Positions 40,630 to 53,352 of a stretch of DNA of 64,000 bases are shown piece by piece (positions within the stretch are counted from its first letter, which is position 1; every line of letters begins with the position of its first letter). Under the pieces are notes generated by a model. The model did no database searches and was not told where the DNA came from. It worked only from the letters and a program-made list of their open reading frames with translations. Location of the stretch: the NCBI GenBank assembly GCA_964592785.1, contig CAZQHU010000003.1, positions 3,901 to 67,900 of the forward strand. The letters are read 5' to 3'. Position numbers and translations under genes: made by a program. The DNA comes from an uncultured Gammaproteobacteria bacterium. Lineage in GTDB: Bacteria > Patescibacteriota > Patescibacteriia > Magasanikbacterales > UBA922.

Positions 40630-41535
40630 TTACCTTTCTCCTGCCCGCAAATACTCCCTGGAATCAAAGATATTTATAAGTGGATGCACTCTAATTTCCG
40701 TCACATAAAGACCATCAATATAAGAACGCAAATCCACATGGCGAGTCTCCCGAGAAGTAAATTCTGCCTCTGGTAAATAGAGAATGCCCACTCGACTGCC
40801 CTGGTCCAAAAGCTCTACATAAAAATTGGCTTCCCAAAAACCATAAGCAGAATTATTGGTCAGGTCAAATTCAATAAAATTGGCTGGACTACCACTAATG
40901 CGACTGATGGGAGAAAATTCAAAATTTTCTACTAGCCAAAGATTACGTTCTGCTGTGTAGCCCGAAATATCCGGGTAAATATGACGATCCAAATGATACC
41001 ACTTGATATTTTTGATAACCAATCTGGCTCCACTGGGAAAATAATCACTGGTAAAACCCAAATAAACCAGCGGTCGCGTGCCTGGTAAAACAATTGCCTG
41101 CGCCAAAGGGGTTTCTCCACCGCTAAAAACAAACTGATATTGAATGCCAGCAAGCCAGCGTTCATTATTATTAGTCAAATCCACAACAAAATCATAACTA
41201 GATGGGCTTACTGTTTGGTAAACCTGAGGACTGCTAATGATAAATGGACGAGGCGCGTAAAAACTTTTTAAATTGTCATAATTTTCTATTTCCAAAACCT
41301 GACTATTCAACATCTCTTGGTCTCGCCAATAGCCGGTCGTAAAATAATACCCCCAATAAAATAAACTATAACCAACCGTAACGACACAAAACAAAATCAA
41401 AGCCCCCAAACCTATCTGACGCAAACGCAGTTTATGCTCCACATACCAACGGGACAACTTAAACTGACTATTGGTAAACTCCCCAGTAGGATCAATATAT
41501 TTTTCCAATTTATCTTCGGTTTTTTTGATAAACAT
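40630..41535 (-). CDS. Membrane-anchored hypothetical protein
   Basis: Single TM helix followed by beta-rich domains. Confidence 0.75.
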   Translation of the reverse strand: MFIKKTEDKLEKYIDPTGEFTNSQFKLSRWYVEHKLRLRQIGLGALILFCVVTVGYSLFYWGYYFTTGYWRDQEMLNSQVLEIENYDNLKSFYAPRPFIISSPQVYQTVSPSSYDFVVDLTNNNERWLAGIQYQFVFSGGETPLAQAIVLPGTRPLVYLGFTSDYFPSGARLVIKNIKWYHLDRHIYPDISGYTAERNLWLVENFEFSPISRISGSPANFIEFDLTNNSAYGFWEANFYVELLDQGSRVGILYLPEAEFTSRETRHVDLRSYIDGLYVTEIRVHPLINIFDSREYLRAGER

Positions 41536-41620
41536 ATTATCAATATTATACAACAAATCAAAAAATAATTAAACAGCCAATCATTGTTTCCCTATTGCTT
41601 TATCTACTCAAAAATGATAA

Positions 41621-43906
<2,286 letters not shown>

Positions 43907-44151
43907 CAGCTTGTCCGACGCAACGAAGTAAAGCCGGATGAAAAATCTGGATATATAAAAATAAAAAATAGATATATATAAAAACATCCCGGCTAAGCCG
44001 GGATGTTTTTCCCTCAATCTCTTCTAAAATTTAAAAAAGATATTTGGGATGTGAAGTCTGGCGCCACAGACTTCACTCCCTCCTTGTCACACGGATAAAC
44101 GATCACACCCTTTGGCGCGCCAGCCTCCGCAAGCTGGAAAGGAACGGCTGA

Positions 44152-45000
44152 TCAGTCCTCTTGACCGAGCGGGAAAAACTTCCAGACCATCTCAGGTGGA
44201 GGTGGATAGCCGAGTCCAGTCCAGTAGTTGCGATAGCAGAGAGTTTTCTCATCGGACACAGCCAGCCTGAATTGAACACACCTCACGTCGTACCCTTCGA
44301 AAGGCAAACGTCTGCAAATCTTGAAATTCTCTGCTCCCAAGTTCAAAGCCTGCTTCATCCGCAGGAAAAGATCCGGCTTGTGACGTATGATGGCCAGAAG
44401 GATCGCCACCCCCTGCACCACCCCAAGAGGACGAGAGTCACTCATAATGGGCGACCTCGTGGCCTCGCGCCAGGATTTGGCCGTTGGGTTCGGGAAATGG
44501 CCCATAGTGTCCGCTAGTGTTGGATAGAATGCCATAACCCCCGCGGGCATTTCGGCATCTATCTGGAGATCTTCACCCACTTCGTACTTGCGGTCCTCAG
44601 ACAGTTCCAAGCCGGCCGCTTTCACCAAGTCCTGAACAGTCACGCCCGGAAGGCAATGGAAAAGGAGAGGCATCTCTCCATCCCCAAACACCGCTCCGAT
44701 ATCGGTGATGAACTGCTGGAGTTCCTGCCCCCCTTTCCGACCAAATTCCGGCTGAATGAGGTTGAGCGCCTCTTCGACCGAGAGCAAATGGGGGGTGTAC
44801 TTTTCGCCCCAGATATCCCTCTTCCACCAATCCTGCACGGCGCTGACCACGCAGTTCACCAAGGACTCCCTGAGGACAGCCTTGGCGTCGATCGCCGCCT
44901 GCACCACCTCACGGGGGGCATGTTTGGCCACCAGCTTCATCACCTTGGCGAACTCGTCGGCCTGACCAGCAGAAACCGCGCTTTCTCCGTCCCTTTTCAT
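44152..45000 (-). CDS. GC-rich orphan protein (~282 aa)
   Basis: GAGGAG SD; promoter back-to-back with the secE promoter. Confidence 0.75.
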   Translation of the reverse strand: MKRDGESAVSAGQADEFAKVMKLVAKHAPREVVQAAIDAKAVLRESLVNCVVSAVQDWWKRDIWGEKYTPHLLSVEEALNLIQPEFGRKGGQELQQFITDIGAVFGDGEMPLLFHCLPGVTVQDLVKAAGLELSEDRKYEVGEDLQIDAEMPAGVMAFYPTLADTMGHFPNPTAKSWREATRSPIMSDSRPLGVVQGVAILLAIIRHKPDLFLRMKQALNLGAENFKICRRLPFEGYDVRCVQFRLAVSDEKTLCYRNYWTGLGYPPPPEMVWKFFPLGQED

Positions 45001-45254
45001 GACCATACTCCTCTGGCAGCTGATACCCGAGAGTGGACTCCGGGCCTGACCGCCATTCGAACCACCTTGTGGCCGTATACTCCAACGAAGTGGAGCCTTG
45101 CCACAATTGAGTTAGCCTAGGACCACCCCAGACTACGCTTTTAACCTAACATATTTATCCACTTCTGTCAAAGCTTGACAAATCCTCGAAAATAAGATAT
45201 TATTAAATCATAAAAATCAGCCCCAGGGCTGTTTTAAAAACCTTATTTATTGGA

Positions 45255-45328
45255 CCACAGACAACAGACTACTGACAACAGAAATAAAACTGTGAGTCCG
45301 TAGACTGTAAACTGTAGTCCGTAGTCCA
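45255..45328. repeat. Inverted heptamer arrays (GACTACA)n / (TGTAGTC)n
   Basis: Same unit occurs in-frame in prmC (33844-33872) and miaB (60034-60063). Confidence 0.7.
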
Positions 45329-45333
45329 ACTTT

Positions 45334-45519
45334 ATGAATAAAGTCACTAACTATTTCAAAGAAGCGGTGGCAGAAATGAAAAAAGTCGTCTGGCCCACCA
45401 AAAAACAAACTACTAATTACACTTTGATTGTCATTAGCATGAGTATTGGCGTGGCTCTTTTTTTCGGTATTTTGGACTATGTTTTCAATTTAGGATTAGC
45501 TCAACTTATCACTAAATAA
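45334..45519 (+). CDS. secE: Preprotein translocase SecE
   Basis: EMKKVVWPT; precedes nusG. Confidence 0.96.
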   Translation: MNKVTNYFKEAVAEMKKVVWPTKKQTTNYTLIVISMSIGVALFFGILDYVFNLGLAQLITK

Positions 45520-45521
45520 TT

Positions 45522-46067
45522 ATGGCCAAACAAACCCTCAACCTCGGCCGACGTTGGTATGTGCTCCATACCTACTCTGGGTACGAGGAAAATGTAAAAA
45601 GTAATTTGGAACAACGTATTGAATCTTTTGACATGCAAGATAAGATTTTTAATGTTTTGGTCCCCAAAGAAAAAAAAATTAAAATCAAAAACGGCAAACG
45701 TAATACTATTGAAGAAAAAATCTTTCCTGGCTATGTATTGGTTGAAATGATTGTAACCGATGATTCTTGGTATGTAGTCCGAAACACTCCCAATGTCACT
45801 GGCTTTATTGGTTCTGGCACTACTCCGACTCCCATTGACCAAAAGGAAATGGAAAGTCTCATGAAACGCACCGCAGCCGAAGAACCAACTCACAAGATTG
45901 ATGTGGCTGTAAATGATCCAGTAAGAATCTCTGATGGTCCTTTCAAAAATTTTGAAGGTAAAGTATCCAATGTAGATGAAGCTCGTGGCAAGATCAAAGT
46001 TTTGGTAAATATGTTTGGTCGCGAAACTCCGGTAGAGTTGGATGCCCTACAAGTGAAAAAAATCTAA
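45522..46067 (+). CDS. nusG: Transcription factor NusG
   Basis: WYVLHTYSGYE, FPGYVLV, MFGRETPVEL. Confidence 0.98.
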   Translation: MAKQTLNLGRRWYVLHTYSGYEENVKSNLEQRIESFDMQDKIFNVLVPKEKKIKIKNGKRNTIEEKIFPGYVLVEMIVTDDSWYVVRNTPNVTGFIGSGTTPTPIDQKEMESLMKRTAAEEPTHKIDVAVNDPVRISDGPFKNFEGKVSNVDEARGKIKVLVNMFGRETPVELDALQVKKI

Positions 46068-46148
46068 ACAATTTTCAAAATTGTTTGCTTGTAAAAGCGC
46101 TTCTAAACAATTTTAAATAAAAAATTATAAATTAAAAATTTCAAGTAT

Positions 46149-46574
46149 ATGGCTAAAAAATTACTTACTCAAATCAAACTACAAATAGTTGGTGGGGCAG
46201 CCAATCCAGCACCACCAGTCGGCCCAGCTTTGGGACAACATGGTGTGAACATCCAGGGTTTTTGCAAAGAATTCAATGATAAAACCCAAGATAAAAAAGG
46301 TGAAGTGGTACCGGTAGTTATCAATGTTTACGAAGATCGCAGTTTTGACTTTATTATGAAAGTGGCTCCGGCCTCTGAACTAATCAAAAAAGCCGCCGGT
46401 ATCAAATCTGGAGCCCACAATGCTCTCAAGGAAAAAGTTGGCAAGCTAACCAAAAAACAACTCCGCGAAATCGCTGAAAAGAAAATGCCTGATATGAATG
46501 CTAATGATGTGGAAGCAGCCATGAAAATCCTGGCTGGCACTGCCCGACAGATGGGTGTGCAGATTGAAGAGTAG
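46149..46574 (+). CDS. rplK: 50S ribosomal protein L11
   Basis: [15 protein letters not shown]. Confidence 0.99.
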   Translation: MAKKLLTQIKLQIVGGAANPAPPVGPALGQHGVNIQGFCKEFNDKTQDKKGEVVPVVINVYEDRSFDFIMKVAPASELIKKAAGIKSGAHNALKEKVGKLTKKQLREIAEKKMPDMNANDVEAAMKILAGTARQMGVQIEE

Positions 46575-46690
46575 ACTAGTCAAAATCCAAAAAACCCAAA
46601 ACTCGCCAATTTATCCTGAGAGCAATTGAAGGAACCGGCGAGTTTTGTTATAATATGCTTAGAATTTTTAAAAAATTAAAATACAATTTT

Positions 46691-47629
46691 ATGTCTGAAT
46701 CAAAATTCACCAAAACCAAAATTGCGATCATTGGCGCTGGGGCTGTCGGCTCTACCACTGCCTATGTGGCCACACTAAAAAACCTAGCAGCAGAAATACT
46801 CCTGATTGATGTAAATGAAACCAAAGAAGCAGGTGAAGTAATGGACATTACTGACGGACTTTGTTTTGTAGAAACTGGGTGTATCAAAGGCGCGGGTTTT
46901 CGTGATGCTAGAAACGCAGATATTGTGGTGATCACTGCCGGCGCTCCTCAAAAACCAGGAGAAACCCGCTTACAACTGGTACAAAAAAATGTAGCCATTC
47001 TCAAATCAATTTTCCAAAAAATTGGCCAGCTCAAAAAAACTGCCATTATCATTATGGTGGCCAACCCTGTAGATATTTTGACTTATATAGCCCAAGAGAT
47101 TAGTGGTCTGCCCAAAAACCAAGTTTTTGGCAGTGGCACCACCTTAGACACAGCCCGGTTACGTTCTGAAATCGGAAAAATTTTAAATGTTAGTTCTTGG
47201 AGTGTAGATGGTTTTGTACTCGGAGAACATGGGGACAGTGAATTTGTGGCCTGGAGCTCAGTAACTATAGGTGGCATGTCAGCCAACAATATAAAAAGCC
47301 TGAACAGTCAAACAAGAAAAAAAATAGAAAACCGTGTCAAACATGAGGCCTATGAAATCATCAACAGAAAAGGCGCCACTTTTTATGGCATCGCTCTGGT
47401 TCTTTCTGATATCATCGAAGCCATAATTTATGACCAACATAAAATCTTACCAATCTCCAGTCGTCTCAATAATTGGAACGGAGTAAATAATATTTGTCTC
47501 GGCAGTCCGGCTGTAGTTGGCCGAAGTGGTGTACAAAAAGTTTGGGATCTAAAATTAACCGCTATTGAAAAGAAAAAATTGAAACAATCAGCCGACACTC
47601 TCAAAAAATATCTCAATCAAATCAAATAA
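46691..47629 (+). CDS. ldh: L-lactate dehydrogenase
   Basis: GAGAVG, GAPQKPGETRL (Gln at the specificity position), LDTAR, GEHGDS. Confidence 0.9.
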   Translation: MSESKFTKTKIAIIGAGAVGSTTAYVATLKNLAAEILLIDVNETKEAGEVMDITDGLCFVETGCIKGAGFRDARNADIVVITAGAPQKPGETRLQLVQKNVAILKSIFQKIGQLKKTAIIIMVANPVDILTYIAQEISGLPKNQVFGSGTTLDTARLRSEIGKILNVSSWSVDGFVLGEHGDSEFVAWSSVTIGGMSANNIKSLNSQTRKKIENRVKHEAYEIINRKGATFYGIALVLSDIIEAIIYDQHKILPISSRLNNWNGVNNICLGSPAVVGRSGVQKVWDLKLTAIEKKKLKQSADTLKKYLNQIK

Positions 47630-47638
47630 TAAAAAACT

Positions 47639-48439
47639 ATGAAAAAAATACTGGCTCTGGCTTTTTTCTTAATTTTGATTGGCGCTGCCTGCTCCCAATC
47701 CAAACCAGTAGCAAACCAAGAACAAAAAACTGCACCCACAGTGATCCGTAAACCAACTACTGAACAAAATCTTAGTCCGATTTATGATTTTTGTGAAAAA
47801 AACGGCAATGAAATTATTATTCGTTTTGATTCAGAAACCCAGAGTTCCAAAGCTTATTGTCGTTTTCCAGATACCACCGAATGTCCAGCTTTGGAATATC
47901 AAGCTGGCACCTGTCTCCCTGGGCAAAACAGTCAAACCTATAAAGCAGAAAATACAGTAAATGCCACTGAAGTTTGCATCCAAACTTACGATCCAGTCTG
48001 CGGAGAAGATGGCATCACCTACACCAATGATTGCGTGGCCAAGATGCAAGGAATCAAAATCACCAAAACTGGTGTTTGCGCTCCTGTTCCACCAGTTGTC
48101 ACCCAACCCAGTCTTCCCCTACCCGAAAAAAATAACAATATTTCCCCTATCAATTCGAACATACCCACAAATATTGAACAAAATCCTGATTGGTTGGAAT
48201 TGATTAAAAAATTTGTCACTTCACAAACAGCCAAGTCTCCCCGAACTCGCATCAACCGTTGTTCCTACAATGGACAAACAGCTTATTTGCAACTTGATAC
48301 CTGTACTTCTTGCTATAGCACACTCTACAATAGTTTGGGAAGAGTGATTTGTTATCCTGATCATGATTTTTCCAATTCCTGTCCAAATTTTTCCCTAAAT
48401 ACTGCCAACTGTACTCGGATTTGGACCGATAATCGCTGA
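47639..48439 (+). CDS. Cys-rich lipoprotein with DUF333-like and Kazal-type domains
   Basis: Lipobox IGAAC; FCEKNG...YCRFPD; C-x3-YDPVCGEDGITYTNDC. Confidence 0.8.
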   Translation: MKKILALAFFLILIGAACSQSKPVANQEQKTAPTVIRKPTTEQNLSPIYDFCEKNGNEIIIRFDSETQSSKAYCRFPDTTECPALEYQAGTCLPGQNSQTYKAENTVNATEVCIQTYDPVCGEDGITYTNDCVAKMQGIKITKTGVCAPVPPVVTQPSLPLPEKNNNISPINSNIPTNIEQNPDWLELIKKFVTSQTAKSPRTRINRCSYNGQTAYLQLDTCTSCYSTLYNSLGRVICYPDHDFSNSCPNFSLNTANCTRIWTDNR

Positions 48440-48504
48440 TAACAATTTATCCCCTTGACATTTTTTTTATAATTTGGTATAAATATATTCCAAATTAAAT
48501 CATC

Positions 48505-48540
48505 GGTGGGACCCGCCGAAACGGCGTGGGTTCGTACCAC
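48505..48540 (+). promoter_or_regulatory. Ribosomal protein L1 autoregulatory leader
   Basis: GTGGGA...ACCAC stem with an inner hairpin, directly before rplA. Confidence 0.7.
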
Positions 48541-48552
48541 TAAAAAAGAAAT

Positions 48553-49230
48553 ATGTCCAAAAGAATTTCTGCCCTGAAAGCTCAGGTAGACAAAAACAAA
48601 GTCTACACTCTTTCCGAGGCTGTAGCGCTAGTGAAGAAAACTAGCAATGTTAAATTTGACGCTAGTGTAGAAGTACATGTGGTTTTGGGAATTGATCCTA
48701 AAAAAACTGAACAACAAATCCGCACTACCGTAGCCCTACCTCATGGTACGGGCAAAACCAAAATCGTTGCCGCTTTTGTCGGACCAAATGATGAGAAAAA
48801 AGCCAAAGAAGGTGGCGCTGATTTTGTCTATGGTGAAGAGGATATCAAAAAAATTAAAGATAGCGGTAAAATAGAATTTGAAATCGCTGTCGCCACTCCG
48901 GAAATGATGCCCAAACTAGCTATCGCTGCCAAAGTTTTGGGGCCCAAAGGCCTGATGCCCAATCCCAAGACCGGTACTGTTAGCCCTGATGTGAAAAAAA
49001 TGGTGGAAGAATTGAAAAAAGGCAAAGTCACTTTCAAAAATGATGATGGTGCCAATGTTCATTTGGCAATCGGGAAAGTCAGTTTTGATGAGACACAACT
49101 TCAAGAAAACTTTCTGGCCTTTGTAGAAGCCTTGAAAAAGGCCAAACCTCAGTCGGCCAAAGGCACTTATATTAAAACTCTTTTCCTTTCCAGCTCCATG
49201 GGACCAAGCATTAGAGTAGAAAATAACTAA
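48553..49230 (+). CDS. rplA: 50S ribosomal protein L1
   Basis: LPHGTGK, LGPKGLMPNPK, SMGP. Confidence 0.99.
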   Translation: MSKRISALKAQVDKNKVYTLSEAVALVKKTSNVKFDASVEVHVVLGIDPKKTEQQIRTTVALPHGTGKTKIVAAFVGPNDEKKAKEGGADFVYGEEDIKKIKDSGKIEFEIAVATPEMMPKLAIAAKVLGPKGLMPNPKTGTVSPDVKKMVEELKKGKVTFKNDDGANVHLAIGKVSFDETQLQENFLAFVEALKKAKPQSAKGTYIKTLFLSSSMGPSIRVENN

Positions 49231-49272
49231 AAACTTAACACCCTGTTTTTTAGCAGGGTGTTTTCATCTGGT

Positions 49273-50274
49273 ATGATCATTATCGCCAGTATCAACCTTA
49301 ACAATTTTTCTGAAGAGAAAATCCGTAAAGCCATCCTCACCGGCGCTGATATCATGCGTTTCAATTTTGGCTACGAACTTACTCAAGAAAAAATAGAACA
49401 TCTTCAAAAAGTAGATGAACTAATAGAAGATTTGCATTCTGATACAAAAATTCTAGCTGATTTACCCACCAACCATATTCGCCTGGGAGATTTTTATGAT
49501 CATTATTTTCCAATCAAAGAAAGTGAAGAAATGATTTTCAAGTCCGCCAATTATTCTGCTGACTGTAATGAATTTATACCCATTAATTCTGAAAATTTTG
49601 CCCGAGGTTTGCGACCCAACCAAAGTATTATCATTGGTAACGGCGAAGTAGTAGTAGAAATTCTTGAAATCATTGATGAAAATAATATTAGAGTCAAAGC
49701 CCTGAACAATGGCACTATTCAAGCCGCTCGCAGTTTAAGCATTACTGCTGACGCTGAAGAATATTTGAAAAAACTGACTGAAAAAATAGCCACTTTTTCT
49801 TTGGTGGACCCAGATTTTGTAGCTTTGCCATATCTCAATAAAGAACTCAATGAAAAAATTCAACAGTTGCCAGGAATAACTAGACACGGACGAAAAATTA
49901 TTATCAAAATTGATGATAAAAATGGTCTAAATAATCTGGAAGAAGTTTGCGCCAATCCCCTGTATGATTTCGTCATGCTTGATCGAGGAAAAATGGCCAA
50001 CGCTCTCCCTTACGAAGAATTCGGTATCTTGCAAAAACAAATTATCCGTCAAGTAAAAAATTGTAAAAAACCTCTAATAGTCTCCACTCAAATTTTGGAA
50101 AGCACTATCAATAATACTATCCCCTCCAAAGCCGATATTACTGATTTGACTGAATTAATTCTAGAAAAAGTCGATGGCATTGTGCTTTGCAAAGAAACTG
50201 ACCCCAACCAACGACCGGCCTATACCATTTCTGTCGCCAAAAAAATTATCAAAGCTGTAGAAAAATACCAATAA
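49273..50274 (+). CDS. Pyruvate kinase-like protein (degenerate active site, no C-terminal domain)
   Basis: RFNF, KID, DRGKM, STQILEST, KET correspond to altered pyruvate kinase motifs. Confidence 0.8.
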   Translation: MIIIASINLNNFSEEKIRKAILTGADIMRFNFGYELTQEKIEHLQKVDELIEDLHSDTKILADLPTNHIRLGDFYDHYFPIKESEEMIFKSANYSADCNEFIPINSENFARGLRPNQSIIIGNGEVVVEILEIIDENNIRVKALNNGTIQAARSLSITADAEEYLKKLTEKIATFSLVDPDFVALPYLNKELNEKIQQLPGITRHGRKIIIKIDDKNGLNNLEEVCANPLYDFVMLDRGKMANALPYEEFGILQKQIIRQVKNCKKPLIVSTQILESTINNTIPSKADITDLTELILEKVDGIVLCKETDPNQRPAYTISVAKKIIKAVEKYQ

Positions 50275-50347
50275 ACAACACTTGTCATAATACCCCCAAT
50301 CGTGTTAAAATTGATACGCAAGGGGTATTTTTTTTAACTTGAAAAAT

Positions 50348-50818
50348 ATGCAAAAACCTCGTGAAAACTATATTTCCTGGGATGAATGCTTCATGCGCAT
50401 GACCCATGTCATCGCCGAACGTTCCAAAGATCCTTCAACACAAAATGGGGCAGTAATCGTCAATGAAAAAAATGTGGTAGTCGGCATGGGTTACAACGGC
50501 TTTCCCCGAGGAGTTGGTGAAAATGATTTTCCTTGGGAAAGAGAGGGCAAGCTATCTGACACCAAGTACGCCTATGTTTGCCATGCTGAAGAAAACGCAA
50601 TTTACAATGCCAATTCACAAGTAAGAGACTGTAAAATTTATACCGGACTTTTTCCTTGTAATGAGTGCACCAAAGCTCTCATCCAGACTGGCATCAAAGA
50701 GGTAATTTACGAAAGCGATAAATACCATGATGATGATATTTGGTTGGCTTCCAGAAAAATGTTGGATGCGGCGGGAATTAAATACCGCCAATATATTTGT
50801 GATTGGAGCAAAAAATAA
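50348..50818 (+). CDS. dCMP deaminase
   Basis: RSKDPSTQ, GYNG, HAEENAI, PCNEC. Confidence 0.95.
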   Translation: MQKPRENYISWDECFMRMTHVIAERSKDPSTQNGAVIVNEKNVVVGMGYNGFPRGVGENDFPWEREGKLSDTKYAYVCHAEENAIYNANSQVRDCKIYTGLFPCNECTKALIQTGIKEVIYESDKYHDDDIWLASRKMLDAAGIKYRQYICDWSKK

Positions 50819-50820
50819 TT

Positions 50821-51381
50821 ATGAATAAACTAATAATCGGGATTGTCGCCAAAAACGCCGGGGGGAAAACTACCGCCACTGAATATTTAAAAGAAAAATA
50901 TCAGGCGATCTCTTTTCGTTTTTCCGACCCTTTGAAAGACATACTCACCAGACTACATCTGGAACCTAGCCGACAAAATTTTCAAACACTCTCAACAATT
51001 TTACGCCAAAATTTTTCTGAGGATATTTTATCCCAAGTAATTGCCGAGGATGTAAAAAATTCTTCAGCGAAAATAATTATTACTGAAGGAGTCAGAAGGC
51101 CAACTGATGTAAAATATCTAAAAGATCTGCCTGGATATCAGCTTGTCTACATTGAAGCTGATCCAAAAATCCGCTATGAAAGACTCAAACAACGAATAGA
51201 AAAGCCCGGAGATCAAAATAAAACTTGGGAAGAATTTTTAGCTGAAGAAAATCAAGAATCCGAACAAAAAATTGATGAGATCGCCACGACAGCTAAGTTT
51301 AAACTAAATAATAATGGCAGTTTAGAAGAATTGTATAAACAACTTGATGAATTGTTAAAAAAATATGCAAGTGAAAATTAA
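50821..51381 (+). CDS. P-loop nucleotide kinase (dephospho-CoA/dNMP kinase-like)
   Basis: GGKTT, EGVRR, RYERL, NNGSLEEL. Confidence 0.8.
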   Translation: MNKLIIGIVAKNAGGKTTATEYLKEKYQAISFRFSDPLKDILTRLHLEPSRQNFQTLSTILRQNFSEDILSQVIAEDVKNSSAKIIITEGVRRPTDVKYLKDLPGYQLVYIEADPKIRYERLKQRIEKPGDQNKTWEEFLAEENQESEQKIDEIATTAKFKLNNNGSLEELYKQLDELLKKYASEN

Positions 51382-51787
51382 ACTTATTGATAAAAACCTA
51401 CCTTTACCAGAATACCACACTTCTGGCGCTGTGGCCTTTGATCTCTATAGTCGAGTTGATATAGATATTCCTCCAAAAACAGTCGAACGAATCCCCACAA
51501 ATTTAATAATCAAAATCCCTGAAGGTTTTTTATTACAAATCAAAGGACGTTCAAGCACCCCCAAGAAAAAAAATCTCTGGGTGGATGTTGGTTATATTGA
51601 TCAAGACTATTGCGGAGAAAATGATGAGATTTTATTACAAGTATATAATTTTTCTAACGAGATAACAAAAGTTGAAAAAGGTGAAAGACTCGGGCAAGCG
51701 GCATTTGTAAAAATTGAAAAAGCCCAATGGGAAGAAGTAGAAAAAATGGATGATAAAAATCGCGGAGGTTTTGGCAGTACTGGATAA
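51365..51787 (+). CDS. dut: dUTP diphosphatase
   Basis: AFDL, GRSS, GYIDQDYCG, GERLGQ, RGGFGSTG. Confidence 0.95.
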   Translation: MQVKIKLIDKNLPLPEYHTSGAVAFDLYSRVDIDIPPKTVERIPTNLIIKIPEGFLLQIKGRSSTPKKKNLWVDVGYIDQDYCGENDEILLQVYNFSNEITKVEKGERLGQAAFVKIEKAQWEEVEKMDDKNRGGFGSTG

Positions 51788-51794
51788 TTTTAAC

Positions 51795-51920
51795 TGTCAT
51801 CCCGAACTTGCCTGCCCGCCAATGCCAGGCAAGGCAGGTGAGTTTTAGGATCTCTCATAAAATAATTTTACTAAGCAAAACAATCTAACGGAAAGATGCT
51901 GAAATAAATTCAGCATGACA
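51795..51920. repeat. REP doublet with a nested 28-bp CCTGCC..GGCAGG element (51811-51838)
   Basis: Arms related to 9743-9810; nested unit 26/28 identical to the reverse complement of 34090-34117. Confidence 0.8.
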
Positions 51921-51926
51921 AACGTT

Positions 51927-52799
51927 ATGCAATCATATTTAAACATTGTAAAAAATATTCTAGAAAACGGGGTGAAAAAATCCGACCGCACTGGTACTGG
52001 CACTTTGGCAGTTGCTGGAGCTATGTTCCAACATGATATGGCCGATGGTTTCCCCTTGCTCACAACCAAAAAAATGCCCTACCGTCTAATTGCTTCAGAA
52101 TTGGAATTTTTTATCAAAGGCATTTGTGATAAACAATGGCTGTTGGACAAAAACAATCACATCTGGGATGAATGGTGCACTCCACTAAAAGTCCCCTATG
52201 CGCATGATGAAGAAACTAAGAAAAAAATGTTGGCTGAACGCGATCTTGGACCAATCTACGGTTGGCAGTGGCGACATTTTGGAGCCAAATACGTAAGTTA
52301 TGACACAGATTACACTGGTCAAGGTGTAGATCAATTGAAAAGATTGGTTGATGACCTAAAAAAAACTCCCCATAGCCGGCAAATGCTGGTACTTGCTTGG
52401 AACCCCATGGATCGCGATATTGTGGTGCCACCATTTTGTCATTATGGTTTTCAAGTCACGGTGCTTGATGGCAAACTAAATTTATTCTGGAGTCAACGCT
52501 CGGTGGATACTATGCTTGGACTGCCATTTAATATTGCCAGTTATGCTACTCTGCTTCATTTACTAGCAAAAGAAACTGGATATAAGGAAGGCAAACTCAC
52601 TGGTTTTTTGGCTGATGTGCATATTTACACAGACCATCTTGAAGGTGCCCGTGAACAACTCACGCGCGATCCCAATCTCTACCCACTACCACAGATTCAG
52701 ACTAATAAATTTACTAATATTTTTGATTGGGAGTATACGGATACAGAGTTGATTGGATATCAATCATACCCTGGTATAAAATTTCCCATTGCTATATAA
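51927..52799 (+). CDS. thyA: Thymidylate synthase
   Basis: DRTGTGT, FPLLTTK, PFCH, QRSVD-x2-LGLPFN. Confidence 0.97.
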   Translation: MQSYLNIVKNILENGVKKSDRTGTGTLAVAGAMFQHDMADGFPLLTTKKMPYRLIASELEFFIKGICDKQWLLDKNNHIWDEWCTPLKVPYAHDEETKKKMLAERDLGPIYGWQWRHFGAKYVSYDTDYTGQGVDQLKRLVDDLKKTPHSRQMLVLAWNPMDRDIVVPPFCHYGFQVTVLDGKLNLFWSQRSVDTMLGLPFNIASYATLLHLLAKETGYKEGKLTGFLADVHIYTDHLEGAREQLTRDPNLYPLPQIQTNKFTNIFDWEYTDTELIGYQSYPGIKFPIAI

Positions 52800-52804
52800 A
52801 TAAA

Positions 52805-52875
52805 CAGTGAATAAGTGTGCAAGTATATAAGTCAATAAGTACTTACAAACCTACACACTTGCATACTTGCACACT
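52805..52875. repeat. Inverted 8-mer arrays between thyA and folA
   Basis: (AAGTGTGC-like)n followed by (ACTTGCAY)n. Confidence 0.65.
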
Positions 52876-52878
52876 CCT

Positions 52879-53352
52879 ATGTTTAGTCTCATCGCCGCTG
52901 TAGCTGACAACAATTGTATTGGTGTAAATAACAAAATACCTTGGAATATTCCTGAGGATTTTAAATATTTCAAAGAAAAAACTCTAGGTAAAACTTGTCT
53001 CATGGGCCAAGCAACTTTTGAATCCATTCTTGGTTACCTTGGTAAGCCACTACCTGGACGCCAAACTGTAGTTCTCAGTAAAAATCCAGATTTCAAAGCA
53101 CCAGAAAACGTGCGTGTTTATGATGACATTGATAAAGCTTGGGAAGAACTTAAAAACGAAGATGTTTTTGTTTGTGGTGGGGCAACGATTTATCGACTGG
53201 CTATCAACCGCGTGGACACTCTCTATATCACTGAAGTACACATGGAGCCTGTTGGTGATGTCTTTTTTCCTGAGATAGATAAAAATATCTGGCAAGAAGT
53301 CTGGCGGGAAAACCACGAAAGATTTTCATTTGTAAAATACGAAAAAATATGA
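52879..53352 (+). CDS. folA: Dihydrofolate reductase
   Basis: IGVNNKIPW-x-IPED, PLPGR, GGATIY, GDVFFP. Confidence 0.96.
   Translation: MFSLIAAVADNNCIGVNNKIPWNIPEDFKYFKEKTLGKTCLMGQATFESILGYLGKPLPGRQTVVLSKNPDFKAPENVRVYDDIDKAWEELKNEDVFVCGGATIYRLAINRVDTLYITEVHMEPVGDVFFPEIDKNIWQEVWRENHERFSFVKYEKI

Noticed and set aside
44152-45006. GC-rich orphans as a prophage or genomic island
   Set aside because: They are isolated single genes with no phage hallmark genes, integrase or att duplications.
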